NCBI GenBank assembly: GCA_965228125.1
Contig: OZ245791.1
Location: 961,596-1,025,595, forward strand
Reading direction: 5' to 3'
DNA from: Victivallales bacterium
GTDB lineage: Bacteria; Verrucomicrobiota; Lentisphaeria; Victivallales; GWF2-38-69
Length of the DNA stretch: 64,000 nucleotides
Below, in pieces: positions 45,650 to 54,907 of the stretch. The translations under genes and the position numbers were made by a program. The notes under the pieces are model-generated. The model saw only the letters and a list, made by a program, of their open reading frames with translations, searched no databases and was not told the origin of the DNA. Position 1 is the stretch's first letter. Every line of letters begins with the position of its first letter.

Positions 45650-47866
45650 CTACAATAGATTCAAAGCATCAATGTCGGCCACTATTGAAACATCTCTGCT
45701 TTTGAACTGGTTAAATATCAAATTTTTTATAAATTCCTTGTGCTTATAGGTTATATTTCCCCGCATCACTATAGAATACCTGAATTTACTCTTCATCTTT
45801 GGAATTGCTGACGGTGTAAGAGGGGAAATTCTTATTTTGTCACTTTTCAAAGCCTCAAGTTGGGCTGAAAACCTTTCTGCCAATTCTATTAAAGCGCTCT
45901 CATTTATGCTGGAGAACCTTATGATTGCCAAATGACTCTTTGGTGGATAATTAAGTTCTTCCCTAATAGGCAATTCATAGTCATAATATCTTTTATAGTC
46001 ATGATTTACCGCACATTGGATAGCTTCATGAGAAGGAGTGTAGGTCTGAATAAAAACTTCCCCAGGAAATTCCCCGCGCCCTGCTCTTCCAGCCACCTGA
46101 GTAAGTAATTGAAACGTCCTCTCAGACGCTCTGAAATCAGGAATGTGAAGCCCTAAATCCGCATTAATAACTCCGACTAGGGTTACATTAGGAAAATCTA
46201 GGCCTTTAGCCAACATTTGAGTACCTATAAGAATATCTATTTTCCCTTTGCGAAAATCAGTTAAGACTTTCTCGTAAGCCCGTTTATGAGTCATAGTATC
46301 AGAATCCATCCTGGCAATTCTTGCATGGGGAAAAAGTTTTTGAGCAACTGTTTCTATCTTTTCAGTTCCAAACCCGGAATATTTTATATTCGGCACACCG
46401 CATTCAGGACAGTTCTTGTGGGCCTCGATAATATCTCCGCATATATGACAGGAAAGGTAATCCTTAGATTTGTGATAGGTATAATCTATTGAACAGTTTC
46501 GGCATGAAGCAGAATAGCCGCAGGACGGACAAATCATATGAGTGGCAAATCCCCTGCGATTCAAGAAGATAATTGTTTGTTCATTTTTCGAGAGCCTGTA
46601 GTAAACGGCCTCAATCAATTGTTTTGAAAACATCGCATTTGTCCCGTTGCCGGCATCTCCCCTCATGTCTACTGTCAAAACTTTCGGCATCACTCTGGAA
46701 TCAATTCTCTTCTCCAGTTTTAAAAGTTTATACTTACCGCTCTGTGCGTTGTAATAAGATTCCAAAGACGGCGTGGCCGAACCCAGAATAGCCACAGCCC
46801 CTTCCCTGTAGGCTCTCATGACAGCAACATCTCTAGCGTGATAACGCGGAGATTCATCCTGCTTGTACGAATTTTCATGCTCCTCATCCACTATTATAAG
46901 ACCGAGGCTTTTGAATGGAGCAAACAGCGCACTTCTGGCACCAACTACAATCTTAACTTTGTCTTCGTAGATTTTCATCCATTCGTCAAATCGTTCTCCA
47001 TCGCTTAGAGCGCTATGCAATACAGAAACCATATTACCAAATCTTGCTCTGAATCTTTCAGTAGTTTGAGGTGTCAGAGCAATTTCAGGCACAAGGACTA
47101 TTGAATCCTTGCCATGTTTAAGCGCTTCATCAATAGCCCTTAGATAAACTTCTGTCTTACCGCTTCCCGTAACTCCAAAAAGAAGAACTGTGGACTGTTT
47201 TTCCTTTCCCTCAAGCATATCAGTAATAGTCTCCACGGCCTCAGCCTGTTCTGATGTTAAAACAGGGGGTTCCGTGTCAATTATGATTGCACTTGAAAAA
47301 GGGTCCCTATCCACATGTCTCGATTCTTTTCCAATAAGATTCTTCTTTAGTAAAGCGTTAATAACAGAATCAGACACCCCTGTGAGCTTCTTAAGCATTG
47401 ATTGAGGCATATCGGGCCTCTGCAAAAGTGCCTTTAGTACTTCTTTTTGAGATGCGGATCTTGGATTGTTGTCAAATAAAAAATCTGTAGCCTTGGAGGT
47501 ATCAACAATATAAATATATGATATGTTTTTCTTGGATACTCTGCCGCTCCTTACTGCCCCAGGAAGCAAGGCTCGGATGGCATGTTCTCTGGAACAGCAA
47601 TAATACGAGGCCATCCATTCGCCCAATTCAACCAGATTTTTCGGTATAGTCGGGCTCTTTTCGCACAATGAATATATCTCCTTAAGTTTGTCTCTATACA
47701 GTGTCTTTTCAGGAAAAGAAACTACATAACCTTCGATGCTTCTGTTGTTAAATGGCACTATTACATGCGATCCAATGCTAATTAGAGAGAGTAAGTGCGA
47801 TGGTACAATGTAGTCAAAATGCCTGTTTAGATTCAAGTCTACTAATACTTTTGCAATTTTATTCAT
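45650..47866 (-). CDS. priA: Primosomal replication-restart helicase PriA
   Basis: 738 aa from ATG 47866 (the track TTG at 47875 adds 3 codons). Walker A GVTGSGKTE, VDEEH box, Zn-binding CPSC...CRNC...CHIC...CPEC. Confidence 0.93.
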   Translation of the reverse strand: MNKIAKVLVDLNLNRHFDYIVPSHLLSLISIGSHVIVPFNNRSIEGYVVSFPEKTLYRDKLKEIYSLCEKSPTIPKNLVELGEWMASYYCCSREHAIRALLPGAVRSGRVSKKNISYIYIVDTSKATDFLFDNNPRSASQKEVLKALLQRPDMPQSMLKKLTGVSDSVINALLKKNLIGKESRHVDRDPFSSAIIIDTEPPVLTSEQAEAVETITDMLEGKEKQSTVLLFGVTGSGKTEVYLRAIDEALKHGKDSIVLVPEIALTPQTTERFRARFGNMVSVLHSALSDGERFDEWMKIYEDKVKIVVGARSALFAPFKSLGLIIVDEEHENSYKQDESPRYHARDVAVMRAYREGAVAILGSATPSLESYYNAQSGKYKLLKLEKRIDSRVMPKVLTVDMRGDAGNGTNAMFSKQLIEAVYYRLSKNEQTIIFLNRRGFATHMICPSCGYSASCRNCSIDYTYHKSKDYLSCHICGDIIEAHKNCPECGVPNIKYSGFGTEKIETVAQKLFPHARIARMDSDTMTHKRAYEKVLTDFRKGKIDILIGTQMLAKGLDFPNVTLVGVINADLGLHIPDFRASERTFQLLTQVAGRAGRGEFPGEVFIQTYTPSHEAIQCAVNHDYKRYYDYELPIREELNYPPKSHLAIIRFSSINESALIELAERFSAQLEALKSDKIRISPLTPSAIPKMKSKFRYSIVMRGNITYKHKEFIKNLIFNQFKSRDVSIVADIDALNLL

Positions 47867-47919
47867 GAAACACAACGTTTATTCTGTTTTTTAAGAGCCT
47901 GCTGCCTATCCTTTGAAAT

Positions 47920-48264
47920 CTACATGATATCATCAGACACTATGGGATATTTCAGCAAGAGCCTTATATTTTCGTATCGGGTATTTATCCCTATAAGTGA
48001 GTCAGGGCAAAAGATAAATGTGTACGGTTGTTCATCATTCAGAAGAGGCTCTTGTAAAGAAGCTGTATTTTGGAACTCTGAATCTTTCAATTTATTATCA
48101 ATCTTTTGAAGCTGTTTCCTTATTTCCTCAATGAAAGATGTCATTCTCTCGTTTTTAAACCTAGAGTAGTCAATAGCTTTAACAATTACTATCCCGATTA
48201 TAACAACTAAAATAATCAAAACAAACAATAAAATATTCGTTAGATTTCTCTTCTCTCGAGCCAT
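47920..48264 (-). CDS. Hypothetical membrane-anchored protein
   Basis: 114 aa. A single N-terminal TM helix (ILLFVLIILVVIIGIVIV), then a charged helix. No domain recognised. Confidence 0.5.
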   Translation of the reverse strand: MAREKRNLTNILLFVLIILVVIIGIVIVKAIDYSRFKNERMTSFIEEIRKQLQKIDNKLKDSEFQNTASLQEPLLNDEQPYTFIFCPDSLIGINTRYENIRLLLKYPIVSDDIM

Positions 48265-48394
48265 ACGTATGTCACCATATAAAAAGTTACAAAAACCAGA
48301 TGGAGTATATCAGAATGAATGTATATTGTCGAGATAAAGAAACAAACAATAAAAGAGTGTAAAAATCGGTGCTTTTGTTGCAAAAAAAAGCTTC

Positions 48395-48426
48395 TCACTA
48401 TAATCTTCTATATATGATTATAGTGA
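48395..48426. promoter_or_regulatory. Perfect 11-bp-arm palindrome overlapping a TATAAT box 31 nt upstream of recA (candidate operator)
   Basis: TCACTATAATC-N10-GATTATAGTGA. TATAAT at 48399-48404, with TTGTTG/TTGCAA 15-18 nt upstream. Confidence 0.5.
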
Positions 48427-48456
48427 ACAACAAACCATCATAAGGTAAATAAATTT

Positions 48457-49533
48457 ATGGCCGAAGATAAAACTGCTCTGAAAAAAACTGACGAAAGAAT
48501 CGCAAAGGATAAAAATCTAGCATTAGTACTTAGCCAAATAGAAAAAGAATATGGCAAAGGTTCAATAATGTTTTTGGGAGATGAGTCTTTCCATAGCGAT
48601 GTCACCACCATCAGCACTGGTTCTCTGGCGCTCGATTTAGCTCTAGGAGTCGGGGGTTTGCCTCGTGGAAGAGTCGTAGAAATATATGGCCCTGAATCAT
48701 CTGGAAAAACTACCGTCTGTTTGCATGTGATAGCCAATGCCCAAAAAGCGGGCGGTACATGTGCCATAATTGATGCAGAAAATGCTTTGGATGCAACGTA
48801 CGCAGGAAGAATCGGAGTCAAAGTCGCAGATTTGTTGGTTTCCCAGCCAGACAGCGGGGAAGATGCTTTAAATATCGCCGAAACTCTGATCAGAAGCAAT
48901 TCTATTGATGTACTTGTCATAGACTCGGTCGCAGCACTGGTTCCAAAGGCTGAAATAGAAGGTTCTATGGGGGACTCCCACATGGGACTGCAGGCCAGAT
49001 TAATGTCCCAGGCCTTGAGAAAAATGACAGGTGCCATAAATAAAAGCAGGACCTGCGTAATTTTCACTAATCAAATCAGATCTAAAATCGGAGTCGTTTT
49101 TGGGAATCCTGAAACTACGACAGGCGGAAATGCCCTTAAATTCTACAGTTCAATAAGGTTGGATATAAGAAGAATCGCAGCGATTAAAGATTCAAAAGGA
49201 GAACAAACCGGCAGCAGAACCAGAGTCAAAGTCGTAAAAAACAAACTCGCCCCCCCATTTAGAGAAGCCGAATTTGATATTGAATTCAGCGAAGGTATTT
49301 CTAGAGCCGGCTCTGTCCTGGATGTAGGAATTGATACAGGAGTAATCGATAAAAGAGGAGCTTGGCTCTCTTTTGCAGGAGACCAACTGGGACAAGGCAG
49401 AGATCAGGTAAAAGAGCTGATCAAGAGCAATTCTGAATTGGAGAACAAAATATTAGTTGCTATTAAAGAGAAAATTAAAGAAGTCAAAGCTGCAAAATCG
49501 ACATTGGCTATAGCATCTGAACCTAAAAAATAA
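48457..49533 (+). CDS. recA: Recombinase RecA
   Basis: 358 aa. GPESSGKTT Walker A, canonical L1/L2 regions, [15 protein letters not shown]. Confidence 0.98.
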   Translation: MAEDKTALKKTDERIAKDKNLALVLSQIEKEYGKGSIMFLGDESFHSDVTTISTGSLALDLALGVGGLPRGRVVEIYGPESSGKTTVCLHVIANAQKAGGTCAIIDAENALDATYAGRIGVKVADLLVSQPDSGEDALNIAETLIRSNSIDVLVIDSVAALVPKAEIEGSMGDSHMGLQARLMSQALRKMTGAINKSRTCVIFTNQIRSKIGVVFGNPETTTGGNALKFYSSIRLDIRRIAAIKDSKGEQTGSRTRVKVVKNKLAPPFREAEFDIEFSEGISRAGSVLDVGIDTGVIDKRGAWLSFAGDQLGQGRDQVKELIKSNSELENKILVAIKEKIKEVKAAKSTLAIASEPKK

Positions 49534-49544
49534 ATATCAACCGC

Positions 49545-52121
49545 ATGCCTTATTCAGTTAAAACAAAGATTTGGGGATTAAGAGCATTTTTGTTATCCAT
49601 TATGCTCTGTTTTTCTTCAAGCTTATATTCTGCTTCTACGGCACAGTATCAAAAAAGACTGCTAGGCGACAAAGCATTCGACAACGGCCTTTATGATGTT
49701 GCCATGAACTATTATGAAAACTACCTCAAAGATGCAGGAGGAGATTCTCCGGCGATACGTGATGCATATTTCTGCTTAATATCCACTTGCTTAAGGGCTA
49801 ATAATATTGAAGAGGCCAAAAGACTATATGACGAACTTTCAGTTAAATTCGAACAATTCTTTTCAAACCATCCGGAAGATCAAAGAACATTAAATTTTTG
49901 GAAAGCTGAAATCCTGCTTTACGAAGGAAAATTCACAGAGTCCAGCAAACTATTTGAAGATGTACTGAAAGATTCTACTTCAACACACGATGACATATAT
50001 CTCAATGCCATGGCCGGCAAAGCATTAAGTATTCTTAGAATGGGAAACCTTAGCTCAGCTTATAATATCTTTGACAATCTCAGACAGGAAGCAAAACTTC
50101 TTAAAAACAAAGAGCTCGCCAGTGATGCAGCTCAGGAAATGATAATAATTGATTTGGCTACAAATAAATACGATGCAGCAAAAATCATTATAAAAGACGA
50201 CACTGACACTACAAAAGCCGTTGATTCCCAAAAAATGGATTTGTTTAATATCTATATCCTGACAATGGAAGGCAATCTAAAAGATGCAAAATCTCTCTAC
50301 AACAAGATTAAACCCCTGTCTCTAGGTGCTGATTATTTATGGTTTTTTGTGACTTATACTTTAGCAGCAAACTACATGAAAGCGGAGCAATACGACGAAG
50401 CTCTCGGCATGATTGATGATGCCTTTGCTTTGGCTCCTGATATGTATGACAAAGAACAAATAACGATACTCAAGATCAACACATACATAAAATTAAATAA
50501 TTATGAACAGGCAATACTAACGGCAAAAATGTTCCTTGACACATTCCCAAAATCAGGGCTAAATGTAAAAATACTTCTGGTTTTAACTGAAGCCCTAGTT
50601 GCGGAAAAAAGAAACAGCGATATATCTGCTCTATCTGAGAAATATTTCTCATTTACACAACCACCTGAACCAGACGCTATTGTACTGACTTCTCTCTTCG
50701 GACAAAATGCTCTAACGATGGGAAACTATACTCTTGCAAATCAGTATTTCGACTACATCATATCGAAAAGCAAAGACAAGGAGCAAATAGGTGCAGCAAT
50801 GTACGACAAAGCCGAAAGTTTATTCTTACAAAAAAGCTATTTGCCGGCCTTAAATGAATTCATTTCGGTACAAAAAAAATATCCAAATCTACGAGAAAAA
50901 TGCCTCTTCAGGGAATCACAGATTTTCATTAACCAGAATGACTATAAATCTGCTGAAAAAACATTAAAATTACTCGTTAATGATTTCCCCGATTCAGATT
51001 TGAATCCTTCGCCATTTTTCATGTATGCCGCAGTTTTGGAAAAACTAAAAAGCTACGATGACGCCATAACTGAATTTATCAAATATGCACATGCTAATCC
51101 AAATTCAGACTTGGCTCCGAATGCCTATTATGAGGCTGGATCAATATGTCTGCTTACCCAAAAATATGCTAATTCCGCTCTTTATCTCAAGCAAATAATA
51201 GACAATTATAATAAGTCTTCGTTAATGAAGAACTCATTGTATAAGCTCGTGTTTGTAAGCATCTCCTTAAAAAAAATAGATGACGCAATTAAATATTCAA
51301 AAATGTTATCGAATTCGTTTCCTGATTCAGAATATTCCTACCAAATCAGGTTCTGGCTCTCCAATTATTACGAGCAAAATGGACAATTTGACAACTCTCT
51401 AAAAATTCTGGATTCTCTTCTCAAAGACAGTAACAATAAGCCGTTAATTATTTCTGAATGCTATTACAGACAAGCTCTTATCCTGTTTCAGATAGGAGAA
51501 AATTCGAAATCGCTTGAATGTATCAGCATATTGGAAGCTAAATATCCGGATAGTGAAGTTCTGCCTCTGTCGTTGTATCTCAGAGGAGACATTCTCTCAT
51601 CTGAAGGTAAATACAATGAGGCTATTCAGGCATACCAGTCGGCATTCGATAAATCCAAAGATTCTCAAACCTCGATAGCATCTCTTGGAAGAATAGGAGA
51701 CTGCTATTTTGCCGAATTAAATTATTCAAAAGACAAAGAAAATGTGATCAATTCAGCTATATCGAACTACAAAAAAGTATTGGATTTACCTAAACTGTCC
51801 GTCTTTATAAGAACTCAGACTCTGTACAAACTAGGAAAATGCTATGAGGTTTTAGGCAATAAAAAAGAAGCCATTGAAGCTTATCACGAAGCTTTCTATT
51901 CTAATATTCTGGAAATGGAATCGGGAAGAAATCCCTCTAAAATATGGTTCGTAAAAAGCGCCATAGCGCTAACCAGACTTCTGCAGGATGAAAATACTAT
52001 AGAAGAAGCCATTGCCGCAATAAAGGTGTTGGAGGAGCTTATAAAATACCATATTTCTCCTGTCAGCGACTTTGAACAAAGAATTGAAGAAATTAAAAAT
52101 TTATACAAACTTAAGGAGTAG
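49545..52121 (+). CDS. Large periplasmic TPR-repeat protein
   Basis: 858 aa. Signal peptide. TPR-like helical repeats throughout. 11-nt gap after recA and 9-nt gap before the ExbB-like gene. Confidence 0.75.
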   Translation: MPYSVKTKIWGLRAFLLSIMLCFSSSLYSASTAQYQKRLLGDKAFDNGLYDVAMNYYENYLKDAGGDSPAIRDAYFCLISTCLRANNIEEAKRLYDELSVKFEQFFSNHPEDQRTLNFWKAEILLYEGKFTESSKLFEDVLKDSTSTHDDIYLNAMAGKALSILRMGNLSSAYNIFDNLRQEAKLLKNKELASDAAQEMIIIDLATNKYDAAKIIIKDDTDTTKAVDSQKMDLFNIYILTMEGNLKDAKSLYNKIKPLSLGADYLWFFVTYTLAANYMKAEQYDEALGMIDDAFALAPDMYDKEQITILKINTYIKLNNYEQAILTAKMFLDTFPKSGLNVKILLVLTEALVAEKRNSDISALSEKYFSFTQPPEPDAIVLTSLFGQNALTMGNYTLANQYFDYIISKSKDKEQIGAAMYDKAESLFLQKSYLPALNEFISVQKKYPNLREKCLFRESQIFINQNDYKSAEKTLKLLVNDFPDSDLNPSPFFMYAAVLEKLKSYDDAITEFIKYAHANPNSDLAPNAYYEAGSICLLTQKYANSALYLKQIIDNYNKSSLMKNSLYKLVFVSISLKKIDDAIKYSKMLSNSFPDSEYSYQIRFWLSNYYEQNGQFDNSLKILDSLLKDSNNKPLIISECYYRQALILFQIGENSKSLECISILEAKYPDSEVLPLSLYLRGDILSSEGKYNEAIQAYQSAFDKSKDSQTSIASLGRIGDCYFAELNYSKDKENVINSAISNYKKVLDLPKLSVFIRTQTLYKLGKCYEVLGNKKEAIEAYHEAFYSNILEMESGRNPSKIWFVKSAIALTRLLQDENTIEEAIAAIKVLEELIKYHISPVSDFEQRIEEIKNLYKLKE

Positions 52122-52130
52122 AAACTCAAT

Positions 52131-52826
52131 ATGCTTTTTGCCAATATAGTCAAATATGGCGGTCCTGTAATGTGGATAATCATTTTCTGCAGCTTTGTTG
52201 CTTTGATTGTAATATTGGAGCGTTGGTTTCATATTCACAGAGCACAAATCAATGTAGGAGAATTACTGAACGGACTGATAAACGTCCTGAAAAAAGGCAA
52301 CACTCTTGAAGCAATAAGTATCTGCGAGGCAACACCAGGACCCGTTGCCCATATCCTCCGAGCTGTGATTTTACGGCATGCCCAAAATGATAAGAATCTC
52401 AAACAAGCAGCTATCAATGCTTCCCTTGATGAAATTCCCAGAATGGAAAGACGAATGAGCATTATCGCCACCATAGCCTATATAGCTCCCCTTCTCGGTC
52501 TTTTAGGAACTGTGCTTGGAATGATTGAAGCGTTTCAGGTCATCCAACTTAAGGGAGCTTTCATTAATTCGATAGGGCTATCTGAGGCCATTTGGAAGGC
52601 TTTGCTTACAACAGCTGCAGGTTTATGCGTAGCCATTCCATGCAATATCGCCTATAATTATTTAGTCACAAGAATTCAAACTATTGTCACAGAAATAGAT
52701 AAGGCTTCATCTGAAATTATTTATTTCTTCACCTCATATAACATATCACAAACCAATCAGGCAATTCAGATGACTAATACCACGCTAACTCCTGATAAAA
52801 ACAATAAAGCCCAATCACCTTTATAG
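52131..52826 (+). CDS. MotA/TolQ/ExbB-family proton channel subunit
   Basis: 231 aa. Three TM helices. IAYIAPLLGLLGTVLGMIEAF signature. Confidence 0.88.
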   Translation: MLFANIVKYGGPVMWIIIFCSFVALIVILERWFHIHRAQINVGELLNGLINVLKKGNTLEAISICEATPGPVAHILRAVILRHAQNDKNLKQAAINASLDEIPRMERRMSIIATIAYIAPLLGLLGTVLGMIEAFQVIQLKGAFINSIGLSEAIWKALLTTAAGLCVAIPCNIAYNYLVTRIQTIVTEIDKASSEIIYFFTSYNISQTNQAIQMTNTTLTPDKNNKAQSPL

Positions 52827-52828
52827 TT

Positions 52829-53266
52829 ATGGAAATTAAAACCAGACTAAAAATCATCAAAGGCCATTTCAATTTTGTACCATTCATAAACATCGCCTTT
52901 CTATTATTTTTGTTTATGACATTGTCAAGTTCTTTTGTACAAGTGTCAGCTATTAACATTGAACTGCCACACGCAGTAGGCCAGCCAACTAATGCTGAAA
53001 AACTTGTTATCACAATAGATAAGAATCAAAATTACTACCTCAATGATGAGGTAATGGACTTTAAGACTCTTACAGAAAAACTGGCCAATATTTCTTCAAA
53101 ATACCAAATAGACAGCGTTATTATCAGAGCAGACCAAAACGCTCCGCAGGGAGCAGTAGCCAAAATCCTATCTCTGGCAAACAGTCTGGATTTAAATGTT
53201 TATCTGGCTGTTGCCCCAACCTCAACAGCTACATCGCAGGTTCCGCTAGAAGAGAAAACAAACTAA
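52829..53266 (+). CDS. ExbD/TolR-family biopolymer transport protein
   Basis: 145 aa. N-terminal TM with FVPFINIAFLLFLF. Periplasmic domain ...VIIRADQNAPQGAVAKIL. Confidence 0.85.
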   Translation: MEIKTRLKIIKGHFNFVPFINIAFLLFLFMTLSSSFVQVSAINIELPHAVGQPTNAEKLVITIDKNQNYYLNDEVMDFKTLTEKLANISSKYQIDSVIIRADQNAPQGAVAKILSLANSLDLNVYLAVAPTSTATSQVPLEEKTN

Positions 53267-53271
53267 TTGTT

Positions 53272-54078
53272 ATGCCAACGTACTCTTTAAAAGACAAATA
53301 CAATCAGAGCCTTAAACCATGGTTCTTCGCCATTTCCGTGTGCGTTGCTGCAAATTTATTCTTATACGTTTTGTTTTCTATGACCAACAAGGAAAATATC
53401 GAACGCCCTCCCGACAGGCCGCATGTTGTCATGCTGCCGCTTGATGGACGGTTAAATCAAAGTTTGCAAAATGTAATAGCGTGGATGGATGATGAAAACC
53501 CAACGCTGATAGTTTGTCCGAATGTGGAGTATGGATACAGCAGAATTCTATTGTCAGGCAGCGATCTTTCTCTTCAGAAACCTGAAGTCCCGCCATTGAA
53601 CTACAAAGACATTTTGACCAAACAGGTTTTTTCACCAATCTGCACTGTGGTATCAGTAATACCTGTGAAAGTTTTAACCATAACAGATTTTTTAAAAGAG
53701 TTGACGAATCTACAAACTGCATTTCTGCCTAAAATCAATAATTACCCTATTTTACACCCAAAAATAGAGTACCCAAATGTATCAGAACTCTTTACAGGGA
53801 CAAATATTCCTGTAATATTTTATGATTTAGGCTCAAACAACGCGTTAATTACAAAATTGCAGCCTCAAAGAAGCACTATTGTCCAGCTTTACGTTCCAGA
53901 CAACGATTCTCTCTTGCTTTCAGGAAAAATCATTGAAAGTTCCGGTTCTCCGGAGCTTGACACAATAGCATTGAATAATTTACAGACAATACAATTACCG
54001 TCTGCAATTTTTAACAAATACAAAAACAAAGTTATTCTGCTAAAAATCGAGTGGGCTCAATTGTTCAAAGAAATTTAA
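53272..54078 (+). CDS. TonB/TolA-like energy transducer (divergent; no Pro-rich spacer)
   Basis: 268 aa. Single N-terminal TM. C-terminal TIVQLYVPDNDSLLLSGKIIESSGSPELDTIALNNLQTIQLP resembles the TonB C-terminal domain pattern. Confidence 0.5.
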   Translation: MPTYSLKDKYNQSLKPWFFAISVCVAANLFLYVLFSMTNKENIERPPDRPHVVMLPLDGRLNQSLQNVIAWMDDENPTLIVCPNVEYGYSRILLSGSDLSLQKPEVPPLNYKDILTKQVFSPICTVVSVIPVKVLTITDFLKELTNLQTAFLPKINNYPILHPKIEYPNVSELFTGTNIPVIFYDLGSNNALITKLQPQRSTIVQLYVPDNDSLLLSGKIIESSGSPELDTIALNNLQTIQLPSAIFNKYKNKVILLKIEWAQLFKEI

Positions 54079-54164
54079 AGATAGAATGTCGTTTGTAATC
54101 CATCAGTTGGGCAAGAGCTAATACCGTTTATATTCCCGATCTCACAAGCATAGATTTAACGCAT

Positions 54165-54893
54165 TTATTCTTCTGGTATAAAGAAGCTTTTCATAGTTTC
54201 TTCTATATCAGAGCCAATCGGTTTATGATCGTAGCGCCTATGTCCGATCGGAACATCAAATCCTATACGTTTTTTCATGAGCGCTCCAACAGGGCATATT
54301 GAAAATGCTCTATCAGTAACTTCCGCATTAGTTCCTTTAAGATTAACTTCAGCATTAACTTCCAGTTTTCTATGAGTACCTCTTCCTGTAAATTGGAATA
54401 TATTCTTACCGTCTATATCTCTCGAAGCTCTGATGCACCTAGCGCAAAGAATACAGCGGTTATGGTCAATAAATATGTCTTTATGAGATGCATCAACTTC
54501 TTTTTCATTGAACATATAGGAGAACTTAGGCGCTGTAATCCCAAGCCTGTAGGCTATAGCCTGAAGCTCACAATTGCCACTCTTTTCGCAAAACATGCAG
54601 TAATGATTACCTTCGACAAAAAGCATGTCTATAATGTCTCTTCTTATTTCATTAACTCTTTCCGAGTCATTCTCAACAATCATGCCTTCGGATATCGGCT
54701 GAGTACATGCTGATTGAGGCCTGCCATTAACAATAACAGTACAGACTCTGCATGCTCCATAAGGAGCTAAGTCCTTATGCCCACATAGCCTTGGAATGTA
54801 GATATTGTTATCATCGGCCGCCTGCATAATTGTCTGTCCGGTTTTTCCTTTGATCTCCACATCATCTATCGTAAAAGTGATTATACCTGGCAT
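54165..54893 (-). CDS. HoxU / NuoG-N-terminal-like iron-sulfur subunit
   Basis: 242 aa. [2Fe-2S] CGHKDLAPYGACRVCTV...AC, His-ligated cluster HYCMFCEKSGNC, then CILCARCIRA and ICPVGAL. Confidence 0.8.
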   Translation of the reverse strand: MPGIITFTIDDVEIKGKTGQTIMQAADDNNIYIPRLCGHKDLAPYGACRVCTVIVNGRPQSACTQPISEGMIVENDSERVNEIRRDIIDMLFVEGNHYCMFCEKSGNCELQAIAYRLGITAPKFSYMFNEKEVDASHKDIFIDHNRCILCARCIRASRDIDGKNIFQFTGRGTHRKLEVNAEVNLKGTNAEVTDRAFSICPVGALMKKRIGFDVPIGHRRYDHKPIGSDIEETMKSFFIPEE

Positions 54894-54907
54894 AAAATAT
54901 TCCCTAC

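Noticed and set aside
48438-49067. 209-aa ORF antisense to recA. Similar long antisense ORFs lie at 524-955 (vs gspE), 5255-5815 (vs infB), 7857-8165 (vs rpsT), 17311-17760 (vs amn), 42921-43313 (vs hisA) and 59692-59892 (vs the Cys-rich micro-ORF).
   Set aside because: Each lies entirely opposite a confidently identified conserved gene. They have low-complexity or odd composition, no RBS and no recognisable motif. They look like typical shadow ORFs.
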